Assembly (NCBI GenBank): GCA_040752415.1
Contig: JBFMGU010000002.1
Location: 1-64,000, forward strand
Reading direction: 5' to 3'
Source of the DNA: Myxococcota bacterium
Lineage (GTDB): Bacteria; Myxococcota; JACRCW01
Length of the DNA: 64,000 bases
Below are positions 49,118 through 58,894 of this stretch, in pieces. The notes below the pieces were generated by a model. It was not told where the DNA came from and did no database searches. It saw nothing but the letters and a program-made list of their open reading frames with translations. The position numbers were made by a program, and so were the translations under genes. Position 1 is the first letter of the stretch. Each line of letters opens with the position of its first letter.

Positions 49118-50830
49118 TCAGCGGATGTTCACTTCCACGCCGTCGAGGCGCGTCAGGGTGAAGCCGCTGAAATGCTCGTGGTAGGTGCCGCGCAGGTCGC
49201 GCAGGAAGCCAATGGCCACGGCTTCACCCAGTCGCATGCCTTCCATGGCGTCGGAGCGGAAGCCCGTCCCCGCCGCCACGCCCGCCAGCGCGATGTTGGA
49301 CGCCAGCTTGTGCAGCTCACCGCCCACCGTCAGCGGCGCGCCCTCGTACGGCAGGAGCAGCTGCCCATCCTCCGACGCCACCACCGACGCCGGCAGCACA
49401 TACGCCTCCTTGAAGAACGCCTTGAGCACCGTGGCGCACGCGCCCGCCACCGCGGCGTGCCCCGAGGGATAGGCGGGATGCAACGGCGCGCCGCCGGGAG
49501 CGGCCTGGGAGAGCAGATAGGTGCCTTGCCGGTCATACACGCGGGTCAGCACGCCGGCGTGCAGCACGTCGGGATGGAGCGGGTAGCGGGTGCGCCCGGT
49601 CATGTGCAGGTGGATGCGCCCACCCATGGCCTCCGGTCGCAGGCGACGGTGCACGAGCCACTTCTGGTACCACGCGGCCTTCATGGCCACGCTGGCCACG
49701 CGCACCACCACGTCCAGCACGTTGCAGGGACCAAAGGTCAGCTCACCGCGCTGCGTGCGCCAGCCGTGGTACGGATTTGCCGACGAGAACGCGGCCTCAC
49801 CGAGGGAGACGAGGAGCAACGCGGCATTCAGGAACGCCTGGAACGGGTGGTCGCGCAGCACGTACTCCGCCAGGTCGCGGCCGCAGCGGATGTGGCGCGG
49901 GACCTCTTCCGTCGTCGTCACGCCGGCGGGCAACGCGCCCTGCTGTACCGCCAGCCACTCCTCGTACGCGGTCAGGTGATCCTGTCCCACGACGGGGAAA
50001 CGCGCCTTCTGCACCACCTGGAGCACACCCTGGGGAACGTCCTGCCACAGGAATTGCGAGATGGGCGGACCGGCCAGGTCGCTGGGGGTGTTGCCGCGGA
50101 AGAGGCACGCGGGCGTCACCTGTCCGTTCTGACGCGGCCCGCGGTACTGGCTGCACGCCATGAGCTCGGTGCACGCCTGGCCCACGCGGTCGTCGACGGG
50201 AAACGCGGCATAGGGCACATCACGACACAACGCTTGCCAGTAAAGCTCCACCATCTCCGCGGCCGTCTCCGCGCTGCTGAACGTGGGCGGCACCGTCATG
50301 CCCAGGTGGTGGCTGTCCGGTCCCTCCAGCGCGTACGCGTAGGCCGCCTGCGGATTGCAGAGCTTGTGCACACCGCCCAGCGGCACCGCCTCGAAGTGCT
50401 CGGAGCGTCCCGTGCTCAGCGCCGCAATCAGGCGCGCGTACGCCTCCGGGTCCACCTCACCCAGCGCGTTGTGCGGGAGCCCCTTGCTGTAGCTGGCAAT
50501 GTGCTGCGCGTAGGCGTCGTCGTCGCCGTTGGTGGGGTGGCCGGGGAGGGGAACCCGACGCTGATACAACGAGGCCTTGTGACGCACCTGGAAGGCCTGG
50601 TTGCTGCGCTGGTGGGGCGAGAGCGGGCCTTTCTCGTCGCTGGGGGGCTCACGGGAGGGAGCGGGGGTCAACGCCTTCTGGCCCTCGCCCTCGCCCAGCA
50701 GCGTCACGCGGGAAGACTGGTAGGAGATGGACGCGCCGCGACCGCGCTCCGCCGCGCCAAGGGCCGGCGGCGTTCGTGGCAGGTTGTTCTTCACTCCCGT
50801 GGAGACCACGTCCTTTTTCACGAGCCGCAC
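49118..50830 (-). CDS. Vanadium-dependent haloperoxidase homologue (third active-site motif degenerate)
   Basis: YSKGLPH, AWYQKWLVHRRLRPE, HPAYPSGHA, KLASNIA...FRSD. Confidence 0.88.
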   Translation of the reverse strand: MRLVKKDVVSTGVKNNLPRTPPALGAAERGRGASISYQSSRVTLLGEGEGQKALTPAPSREPPSDEKGPLSPHQRSNQAFQVRHKASLYQRRVPLPGHPTNGDDDAYAQHIASYSKGLPHNALGEVDPEAYARLIAALSTGRSEHFEAVPLGGVHKLCNPQAAYAYALEGPDSHHLGMTVPPTFSSAETAAEMVELYWQALCRDVPYAAFPVDDRVGQACTELMACSQYRGPRQNGQVTPACLFRGNTPSDLAGPPISQFLWQDVPQGVLQVVQKARFPVVGQDHLTAYEEWLAVQQGALPAGVTTTEEVPRHIRCGRDLAEYVLRDHPFQAFLNAALLLVSLGEAAFSSANPYHGWRTQRGELTFGPCNVLDVVVRVASVAMKAAWYQKWLVHRRLRPEAMGGRIHLHMTGRTRYPLHPDVLHAGVLTRVYDRQGTYLLSQAAPGGAPLHPAYPSGHAAVAGACATVLKAFFKEAYVLPASVVASEDGQLLLPYEGAPLTVGGELHKLASNIALAGVAAGTGFRSDAMEGMRLGEAVAIGFLRDLRGTYHEHFSGFTLTRLDGVEVNIR

Positions 50831-51151
50831 CTATGCCGGCCCCGCGCGAGCTGCCGCGAGGCTGGTCAGTGGAGGACACAAGCCATGGGTTGCACGTCAC
50901 GCGGACCGCGGTGTTCTCGTCGACACGCTCGCGACGAGGCCACCGTTCCCGCCCAATCCGGGCCGCATGTTGCCGCTGTGATTGGGAAGCGCACATCACC
51001 GCTTCCAACACCCATCGTAACTGCGGGAAGTTGGGGTCGCATCGCGGAAATAGTCCTGATCACACGGGGGTTGACGGCGTCGCGGAAGGTTGTGACAACC
51101 GCGTTTCCGCGTCGGTGTGGCGTGTGAGGGGCTCTCCAGGCGGCGCGTCCA

Positions 51152-51841
51152 ATGACGGTGACTCCCACGGAAGAAGAGCTGCGCCTGATGCGCGTGACCC
51201 TGGCCGGCCGCCCCGTGGAGCTGTGGTGCGTGCGGGACCTGGACGTGTTCCTGGACCGCCTCATTGCCGTGCAGGGCACCGTGGGTGACGACGACATCCC
51301 CTACTACGCGCACCTCTGGCCCACCGCGCGCGTGCTGGCCGAGGAGCTGCTCAAGGGCCCTTCCCTGGAGGGCGTGGCGGCGCTGGAGCTGGGTTGTGGC
51401 CTGGGGCTGGTGGGGCTGTGCGCGGCGCTGCAGGGCGCGCACGTGCTCATGACCGACCTGCAGCCTGGCGCGCTGGACCTGGTGATGAAGAACGCGGCGC
51501 GCAACGGCGTCCAGGCGCGCATCACCACGCAGCTGCTGGACTGGCGACACCCGCCGGAGGGACTGCAACGCCCGCTCGTGCTCGCCTCCGACGTGCTCTA
51601 CGAGGCGCGCTTTGCCGTTCCGTTGGCGGAGACGCTGCGCCGCGTGTTGCAGCCGGGCGGGATTGCATTGCTGGGGGACCCGTCACGACCGCACCTGGAC
51701 CGCTTCCTGGAGGCCGCCCACGACGTGGGATTGGCTGTCCGGCCCGGTCCGTTCCACGCGCCCACCGACAGCAGCGAGGTGCGCTTGTACGCCGTGCAGC
51801 ACCGCGGGGATGCGCGCGTCAATGCTCCGTGGGAGCGCTGA
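51152..51841 (+). CDS. Class I SAM-dependent methyltransferase (METTL21/Methyltransf_16-like)
   Basis: PYYAHLWP, LELGCGLG, LDW, ASDVLYE. Confidence 0.88.
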   Translation: MTVTPTEEELRLMRVTLAGRPVELWCVRDLDVFLDRLIAVQGTVGDDDIPYYAHLWPTARVLAEELLKGPSLEGVAALELGCGLGLVGLCAALQGAHVLMTDLQPGALDLVMKNAARNGVQARITTQLLDWRHPPEGLQRPLVLASDVLYEARFAVPLAETLRRVLQPGGIALLGDPSRPHLDRFLEAAHDVGLAVRPGPFHAPTDSSEVRLYAVQHRGDARVNAPWER

Positions 51842-51844
51842 GGC

Positions 51845-54058
51845 TCAGGGGTCGACGGAGACCTGCAGGACGAAGTCGCCCGCGGAGTCCGGTCCGTGCG
51901 CGTCGACGCCGAGGTAGAGCCACTGCGGGCCGCCGGTCTCGTTGGTGTAGACCAGCTCCTCGGGCCAGATGCCGCTCGCCTGGTCGGCGCCCGCCCAGCA
52001 GCAGCGGCTGGTGCAGTCCTGCAGGAGCCAGAGCGAGAGGTTGGCGCTGCTGGTGACGCGCGCGTCCAGCGTGTGTCCCGCCGGGATGAACACGCTGTAG
52101 ACCACGTCGCCACCGGTGTTGAGGAAGCCGGTGCACGCGCTGGAGGAGAACTCCACGTTGTTGGCCGCGCCCAGCGTGCTGCCGCGCACGGTGATGGGCG
52201 TTTCCAGCGCAAAGGCGTTCTCGCAGCTCTCATTGGCGGGCGTCAGCCCGTACACGTCCACGCCGTACCAGGTGCCGCTGCGTCCCGGCGGATTGCTCAC
52301 CCGCAACGCGTAGGTGACACACGCCTGCGAGACGAACTGGAGCACCACGCGGTCCGGCTCCCGGGTGACGGTGTGCTGCACCGGGACGCCCATGGCGTCG
52401 GTGAGCGAGGCCAGGACGGTGCCGGTGCCGTCATTGATGACCACGCGGGAGCCGGGCCCGGCCAGCGGGATGTTGAAGCGGAACTCGTCGTGGTCCTCGC
52501 CGCACAGGATGAGGTCCTCGATGTGCCCGCCGTTGATCTCCGTCGAGGTCTCGAAGCTGTTGTTCGGCTCGAGATCGTCGTCGTAGCAGAAGGCGGCGCC
52601 GGCCAGCTGGATGTCGTAGTTCACGCTGCTGTAGCCCACCGGGTTGTGCACCTCGACGAGGTACGTCTCCTCCGCGCGGCTGCTGAAGACCATGTTGTGA
52701 CCGCCCAGCGCGGAGTCATACGCACCGCTCACCGCCACCGGGGCCTCCGGGCTGCCCAGCGGGTAGATGCGCGCGTTCAGCTCCCCGTGGCCCTCCCAGT
52801 AGCGCAGCTGGATCTGGGTGTCGGGGCTGGCGGCGTTGACGCGGAAGGAGAAGTAGTCCACGTCGTCCTCACACAGGCGGCGCGCGTTGACGCCCAGGAA
52901 CATGCTCCGCGCCTCATCCGCGCTGTTGTTCGGCTCCGAGGAGTCATCCTGGCAGAACCCGCCGCGCGCCAGCTCCACCGAGTATTCAATGCCGGAGGAC
53001 TCCCCCAGGTATTGCACGCGCAGCACGTAGACCACGTCGGCCTCGCTGGGGAACGTGATGAGTGCCTGCCCATCCGCGTACACGCCCGTGGCCAGCGGCT
53101 CGCTCTCGCCCCGGCGGTAGACCGCGGTCTCCAGGTGGCCCGCCTGCTCGTCGTAGAGGACGCGCACCAGGGTGTCCGGGCGCGGCGTGGGCACCGTGAA
53201 GCGGTAGTGGTCCAGGTTGCCGTCGCACGCCGAGAGGCGCGTGAGGATGTGCGGGAAGGCGTTGATGGGGCGCGCGGTCTCCTGCGTGTCATTCGGCTCG
53301 AACCGGTCCGTCAGGCAGGTCCCGCCGGCAATCACCCGCACCCGCAGCTGGTAGCCAGCGGGCTGCCCGCCCCAGTTGCGCACGCGCAGCAGGACCGGGG
53401 TGTCCGTGGCAAACAGCGCGTGAGCCACCGCCTCCGCGTCGTCCACACCGTCGGAGACGGCGATGGGCTCGGCGGGATTGCTGGCTTGGTACAAGTAGAG
53501 GTCCAGGTCGCTCTCGTCGTGCTCGAACTGCAGCAGCGCGGAGACGCCGTACTGCGCGGGCACCGTGAAGTGGAACCAGTCATCATCCGCGCCGCACGCC
53601 TGCATCTCGGTGAACGCGGTCTCCGTCCCGGTCAGCGTGAGCTCACGCGCGTGCTCCGGGACGTTGTTGGGCTCGTAGATGTCGTCGTCACAGGAGGTGG
53701 GCGCGCCGCCGGTGGAAGTGGTGGAGGGCGGAGGCGGCGTGAGCCGGTCCGGGATGCACGCCGGGGCCACGCCGCCGGAGCCGCCCCCGGCGCTGCTGCT
53801 GCCGCCCGCGGAGGAGCTCACCGACGAGGAAACGCTGCCGTCATCTGTGCTGCTGCTTCCCCCACCGGAGCTGCTGGAGGTCAGCGCGCTGCCGCCGGAG
53901 GGAGCCTCCGACGTGGAGTCGCCGCCGCTGCTGCCCGACGCCGTGGCGTGGCGTTCATCCGGGGTCCGGTTGTCGTCGGAAGCCTGCCCTTGAGGGGCAC
54001 ATGCACCAACCATGGCAAGGATGCTTGCCAACCCGAAAGCCCGGACGCGACACACCAT
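51845..54058 (-). CDS. Lipoprotein with Ser/Gly linker and tandem PPC-like domains
   Basis: VGAC lipobox; four CxxDxxEPN..DxD.F.F repeats; no catalytic domain seen. Confidence 0.8.
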   Translation of the reverse strand: MVCRVRAFGLASILAMVGACAPQGQASDDNRTPDERHATASGSSGGDSTSEAPSGGSALTSSSSGGGSSSTDDGSVSSSVSSSAGGSSSAGGGSGGVAPACIPDRLTPPPPSTTSTGGAPTSCDDDIYEPNNVPEHARELTLTGTETAFTEMQACGADDDWFHFTVPAQYGVSALLQFEHDESDLDLYLYQASNPAEPIAVSDGVDDAEAVAHALFATDTPVLLRVRNWGGQPAGYQLRVRVIAGGTCLTDRFEPNDTQETARPINAFPHILTRLSACDGNLDHYRFTVPTPRPDTLVRVLYDEQAGHLETAVYRRGESEPLATGVYADGQALITFPSEADVVYVLRVQYLGESSGIEYSVELARGGFCQDDSSEPNNSADEARSMFLGVNARRLCEDDVDYFSFRVNAASPDTQIQLRYWEGHGELNARIYPLGSPEAPVAVSGAYDSALGGHNMVFSSRAEETYLVEVHNPVGYSSVNYDIQLAGAAFCYDDDLEPNNSFETSTEINGGHIEDLILCGEDHDEFRFNIPLAGPGSRVVINDGTGTVLASLTDAMGVPVQHTVTREPDRVVLQFVSQACVTYALRVSNPPGRSGTWYGVDVYGLTPANESCENAFALETPITVRGSTLGAANNVEFSSSACTGFLNTGGDVVYSVFIPAGHTLDARVTSSANLSLWLLQDCTSRCCWAGADQASGIWPEELVYTNETGGPQWLYLGVDAHGPDSAGDFVLQVSVDP

Positions 54059-54223
54059 GGTGCCTCCACGCGCAGGCGCCCCCGTCCCCAGACAACGGTT
54101 GGGGGACGCAGGCTGAAGCTCACGGTAGCAACGGGTGAGGATCGCGCGCACCCGTTTTTTGTCGTCATAACGTCGGAAAAGTGTCGCCGCCCCGCCGTTT
54201 TACCGACGGAGACCGTGACGACG

Positions 54224-55132
54224 TCAGGGTGTGCCTACGTGGCCAGGTGTGGGTGCGGGGCTCACCCGGATGGTGGGCCGCGGCATCACGCGACGGGGAG
54301 ATTCCAGTGCCGGCATGCGCTCTTGCACCCGACGCATGAGGTGCTGGTGCACGGGCTGGATTTGCGCACGGGTTGCGCGGGGAGCGGGAAGCTGTCCGGT
54401 GGCGGCGAAGAACGGTTGCAGCGCCAGGGGCACCACCTGCGGACCGGCGGCCAGCAGATCCGCGCCGCTGCGCAGCGAGGAGATCAGGAACGCGCTGGTG
54501 GCGGGGAGGTCCGCGTCGATGACGCCGGCGTAGTGGAACCAGGCGCGGCGGCCGATGCGCACGTCGTCACCGGGCACGTGGGCCAGTTGGTGCAGGCGCG
54601 CGCCGGGCTCCAGGCCAATCCACGCCTCGCCCACCTGGACGCGGATCGCGTCGGCGGTGACGTCGGCGCGGTCATCCTCCAGCGTGGCCCACACGTCAGC
54701 GTAGAACGGGCCGCGCCCGCCGCTGAACATGGACACCAGGTGCAGCTCCACCGGCTCACCGCGCGCCAGGGCCGTGGCCCCCGACGTGCGCGAGGGCGTG
54801 GCCGCCTCAAACGGGATGCTCCACGTCAGCTCCGCCTGCTCCCCCGTCCAGCTCAGCGCCAGGAAGCCCATGCTGCTGAAGCTGCCGCCGCGGAACAGCG
54901 GGTCCATGAGCAGGTTGCCCACGCTGGTGGTGCCGAACATGGAGGTGTCCTCCTCCACGGTGCGCAGCGGCACGCCCGCGTCCTCCGTCGTCACGCCGGC
55001 GTCCGGGTTCGTCGCCACGCCGCCGTCCTGGGCGGGACGCGCGGGGCCGGGACGCAGCGTGGTCTCCTGGCCGCCCGGGCGCACGTCCTGGCACGCGGCA
55101 ACCAACGCCAACAACACAAGCGACTTCTTCAC
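54224..55132 (-). CDS. Hypothetical lipoprotein
   Basis: GTG start VKKSLVLLALVAAC overlapping the upstream stop. Confidence 0.7.
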   Translation of the reverse strand: MKKSLVLLALVAACQDVRPGGQETTLRPGPARPAQDGGVATNPDAGVTTEDAGVPLRTVEEDTSMFGTTSVGNLLMDPLFRGGSFSSMGFLALSWTGEQAELTWSIPFEAATPSRTSGATALARGEPVELHLVSMFSGGRGPFYADVWATLEDDRADVTADAIRVQVGEAWIGLEPGARLHQLAHVPGDDVRIGRRAWFHYAGVIDADLPATSAFLISSLRSGADLLAAGPQVVPLALQPFFAATGQLPAPRATRAQIQPVHQHLMRRVQERMPALESPRRVMPRPTIRVSPAPTPGHVGTP

Positions 55133-57318
55133 GGCGCCTCCGTGAGCCACGCGCGGGCACGGGTGATGAGCGTGTCCCGTCCGGTCAGGGAGTGGGAGAG
55201 CTTCTGGATCACGGTCTCGTCGGGGATCACGCCGGTGCCGCTCTCGTAGGCGGCGGTGGCCAGCGCACTGGAGCTGGCGGCGAAGCGGCTGTCATGCACC
55301 TGGATGGAGCCGCCGTAGTACTCGCCGGGGAGCAGTGGGGGCAGGGCCACAATGGCGCCGTACGCACCGCTCAGCGGCGTGGGTCCCAGGATGCGCACCC
55401 CCGCGCGGCCCCGCAGCAGGCGCGGCACGAAGTCGTTGGCGCTGACGTCGGCGGTGGTGACCCAGGCAATGCGTGCGACGCTGGCCACCGCGGGCTCCTC
55501 GCGCGCGCCCAGCCAGATGGTGCCACTGCACGCGTCGAAGAGCGGAGGCTCCGGGTTGGTCACGCAGCCCAGCAGCGACTGGTAGTACCCGTCGGGATCC
55601 AGCGTGTGCCACGGACGCGAGACGCCCAGCACCACCTGCGGAGAGCTCTGGTCGCGCACCAGCCCGACGAGGAACTCCGCCAGCGCCGCGGCACCGCCGT
55701 TGCCCAGGCGCGTGTCGAACAGGACCTTCTCCGGCGCGTCGCCCAGGCCGGTGAGGAACGGGGTGCGCCAGCTCTGTCCGCCGGTGAAGCCGTCAAACTG
55801 GAACGTGTTGATCCCCTCCAGCAGCTCGTGGCTCACCGCGTCGCTTCCGTCGTCGGGGCGGGGGCGGGGCGTGGTCACGGAGGGCGCGTAGCGACCGTCG
55901 CAGGTGAAGGCCTCCACCACGCCCAGTCCGCGCGCGGCCAGCACCGCCTGGCGCACCGTGGGCTGCAGGTCCACGCGGATGTGCGTGGGCGCGTTGCAGC
56001 TGGTGGATGACTCGCAACGCAGCACGCTGAAATGGCTCGCCCGCGACGAGAGCACGTTGGCCAGGTCCACCGCGGTCCACGGCGCGTCGGCGGCCGGGTC
56101 CGAGGGCGCGTTGGTGCCAAAGGTCCCCTGGCGCGCCAGCCACGTGTCCACCGCCTCGTCCTCGATGCTCTCCAGCACGTCGCCCACCCGCAGCGCGTCA
56201 CCCAGCAGGCTGCGCGCCGCGTCGACGCGGAAGACGGTGAAACCGGCGCCGCCATCCAGCAGGTCCAGCTCCGTCAACCCGAAGCACGCACCCAGCACGC
56301 CGCTGCTCTCCCGCCCCAGCACCGACGGGACGGAGGACTGCAGCGCGGCGTAGCTCACCGGGGCGCTGGTGTGGTGGTCGCGGAAGAAGTGCACCGCGTC
56401 GGCCACGCCGCCCCAGAAACGTCGCGGGCTTGCCACGTGGGCCAGCGCCGCCAGGCGGGCCGCGAACTCCGTGCCCCGACGCTGCACCGCGCTGCGGTTG
56501 GCGTGTACGCGCGTGAAGATGTGCGTCAGCCGGTCCAGGTACTCCCGACGATGACGCGGCGTGTACGGCACCGCGCCCCACACCACCGCGCTGTCCACGC
56601 ACGCGCCAAAGATGCACTCACCATCTTCCCCGCACTGGCTCGCCACGTTGGCCTGGGTGCACGTGGTGTCGTCGCCAAAGGCGCGGTCACCCACGCGCTT
56701 CACCTCCAGCGCGTCAAAGACCACGTCGCTGAAGCCACCCTGGATCACCACCTGCTTGAGCGGGATGCCCAGTACCGCGCCGTCGACGGGACCGGTGGAC
56801 AGCTCCACCCAGTCGTCGCTGGTGCGCCGCCCCGTGGCCACCGCGGTCACCGTGGCGAAGAGGCCCGTGAGCGGATCGTCGCTGGTGCTGTACACGACGA
56901 ACAAGGCCGGCAGCATGGGCTCCGCGCGCACCCAGACGGTGACCTCCACGCGCCCGTCCACCGACGGGACGTCCAGCCCCAGCGACGAGACATCGTCCTC
57001 GCGCGGCTCGATGTAGACGTATCCCTCGCCCTCCAGCGGGCGCGGGTCGGAGAGCGTGATCACCCGCTGCAGTCTTTGCGCGTCGATGGGCGCGGGGTTG
57101 AGGTTCCGGTCGTAGAAACGCGCGCCCGCGTCCAGCAGCGCCTCCGGGTCCTCGAAAGACACCGAGAGGATGTTTTCCGACGACAACTGCAGTCGACCCA
57201 GCGCATCAAAACCCGCCGCACGGACCGGGACCGCGCCCACCATCAGCGCCAGCACGAGCGTGGGCATCAACCAACAACGCATGGAGCACCACCACGACGA
57301 CATTCGTGGCGCCTCCAT
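55129..57318 (-). CDS. Secreted S41-family peptidase
   Basis: FFRDHHT, PDZ-like LRVGDVLESI, LFDTRLGNGG, VSANDF, ILG..SGAYG, GVIPD. Confidence 0.7.
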   Translation of the reverse strand: MEAPRMSSWWCSMRCWLMPTLVLALMVGAVPVRAAGFDALGRLQLSSENILSVSFEDPEALLDAGARFYDRNLNPAPIDAQRLQRVITLSDPRPLEGEGYVYIEPREDDVSSLGLDVPSVDGRVEVTVWVRAEPMLPALFVVYSTSDDPLTGLFATVTAVATGRRTSDDWVELSTGPVDGAVLGIPLKQVVIQGGFSDVVFDALEVKRVGDRAFGDDTTCTQANVASQCGEDGECIFGACVDSAVVWGAVPYTPRHRREYLDRLTHIFTRVHANRSAVQRRGTEFAARLAALAHVASPRRFWGGVADAVHFFRDHHTSAPVSYAALQSSVPSVLGRESSGVLGACFGLTELDLLDGGAGFTVFRVDAARSLLGDALRVGDVLESIEDEAVDTWLARQGTFGTNAPSDPAADAPWTAVDLANVLSSRASHFSVLRCESSTSCNAPTHIRVDLQPTVRQAVLAARGLGVVEAFTCDGRYAPSVTTPRPRPDDGSDAVSHELLEGINTFQFDGFTGGQSWRTPFLTGLGDAPEKVLFDTRLGNGGAAALAEFLVGLVRDQSSPQVVLGVSRPWHTLDPDGYYQSLLGCVTNPEPPLFDACSGTIWLGAREEPAVASVARIAWVTTADVSANDFVPRLLRGRAGVRILGPTPLSGAYGAIVALPPLLPGEYYGGSIQVHDSRFAASSSALATAAYESGTGVIPDETVIQKLSHSLTGRDTLITRARAWLTEAP

Positions 57319-57409
57319 GCCGCTTTCCGCACCCGCTGGCCAGCGCCACTTGGCGGATGCCGCCGCGTGCGTCGCGAATTGACAAACCCTCGTCGACGAG
57401 GGGTGGAGA

Positions 57410-58258
57410 TCAGGCGCGGACCAGCGTCAGCTCGGTGACTTCCGCGGGAACGCCCACGCGCAGCGGGAACCAGTGCCCGGTGCCGCCGTTGACGTAGAGG
57501 TGGCTGTCCCCGGCGACGTAGTGGCCCAGCACGTAGTTGAAGATGCGGTTGGCCATGAACGGCCCCAGCGGCGCCACCTGGCCGCCGTGGGTGTGCCCGG
57601 AGAGCGTCAGCTCCGCGCCGCGGGTGCGCGCCACGTCAAAGCAGTCCGGGTGGTGCACCAGGCAGAGGCGGAAGTCCGCGTCGGGCGCGCGCTGGAGGGC
57701 GGCGCCCACGTTGCGCTCATGCACGTGCAGCAGGTTCTTGAAGCGCGCGCGGATGTTCGGGTAGTCCACGCCCCCGACGAGAAAACGCGCGCCCTGCACG
57801 TCCACCAGCTCACCCTGGTTCACCAGCGTGGTTGGGGCGGCGTGGGAGCGGGCGGCGCGCAGGACCTTGTCACGGCCGGCGTAGTTGTCGTGGTTGCCCA
57901 TCACGAAGAAGCGGCCGTAGGGCGAGCGCACGCGGGAGAGCAGCTCGAAGCACGCGCTGGCCTGGGACGCGTCATCCAGCAGGTCGCCCGTCACGGCCAG
58001 CAGGTCCGGCGGATACCTCCCGAAAGCGCGCAACGCCTTCTCCAGGTGATCCACGCCCAGCACGGCGCCCACGTGCACGTCGGAGATCTGGCCGATCCGC
58101 ATGCCGTGCAGCCGGCGGTCCAGGCCGCGCACCGGCACGGTCACCTTGTGCAGCGCGGGGTGCAGGTTGCGCTGGTTGTCGTCGTCCTCCGCCAGGGTGC
58201 GCAGCGGCGTGTTGGCAAGGACCAGGGCAAACAGCTCGCGCTTGGTCAGACCAGCCAT
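57410..58258 (-). CDS. Metallophosphoesterase (YkuE/YaeI-like)
   Basis: SDVH, TGDLLD, GNHD, HHPD, SGHTHGGQ. Confidence 0.92.
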   Translation of the reverse strand: MAGLTKRELFALVLANTPLRTLAEDDDNQRNLHPALHKVTVPVRGLDRRLHGMRIGQISDVHVGAVLGVDHLEKALRAFGRYPPDLLAVTGDLLDDASQASACFELLSRVRSPYGRFFVMGNHDNYAGRDKVLRAARSHAAPTTLVNQGELVDVQGARFLVGGVDYPNIRARFKNLLHVHERNVGAALQRAPDADFRLCLVHHPDCFDVARTRGAELTLSGHTHGGQVAPLGPFMANRIFNYVLGHYVAGDSHLYVNGGTGHWFPLRVGVPAEVTELTLVRA

Positions 58259-58384
58259 CGGGTGCTCCGGGCAGGCGCGGGCCCCTCTCGCCCACGTCCT
58301 GGGTCCTTCATGTGACGAGAGCCCGGCCGGAGATCAAGTGCCCACTTTCCAGGGCACTGGGAGGTGTGGCTACACTGCGCGGCC

Positions 58385-58885
58385 ATGCGACGCGTCCTCC
58401 ACGTGGTCCTGCTGTCCCTGGCCTGCACCCCCGCCTGCATCATCAGCATGGCGCCTCCACCCACCGCCGCGTGTGAGAGTGATCCGTGCGGATGCTGGGA
58501 GAAGAAGCCCATGACGTTCACGGGAGTCGTGGCGGACGGCGACACCGGCGAGTGCATCCCCTTCAAGCTGGTGCGCCTGCGCGACCGCGACGGGACGGTG
58601 AAGGCCGAGGATCGCAGCAAGTCCTTTGGCAGCTACACGGTGTCCGGGGAGGTGGACCGGAGCCCCAAGGGTTGCCCCGGTGGTGAACCCGTCATCCGCG
58701 ACGATCCCGAGGCCGGCCAGGAGCTACCGACGTACACGTATCTGCCGCGTCGCACGCCGGTGGATGACTTCAGTGAGCGCGTGGATCTCTTCCGCTTCCC
58801 GTGGGGCACCGTGGACGCCGGCCCCAACCTGCCCACGTCGTGCACCCCGCCCCGCACCGACGGTGGCGCGGGCGACGCGGGCTGA
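58385..58885 (+). CDS. Hypothetical lipoprotein
   Basis: MRRVLHVVLLSLAC lipobox-like signal; upstream of the M1 peptidase gene. Confidence 0.65.
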   Translation: MRRVLHVVLLSLACTPACIISMAPPPTAACESDPCGCWEKKPMTFTGVVADGDTGECIPFKLVRLRDRDGTVKAEDRSKSFGSYTVSGEVDRSPKGCPGGEPVIRDDPEAGQELPTYTYLPRRTPVDDFSERVDLFRFPWGTVDAGPNLPTSCTPPRTDGGAGDAG

Positions 58886-58894
58886 TTCCCTTCC

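Noticed and set aside
57387..57402. Perfect 16-bp palindrome CCCTCGTCGACGAGGG after the phosphoesterase gene
   Set aside because: Single copy with no loop or good U-tract; cannot distinguish terminator, operator or chance.
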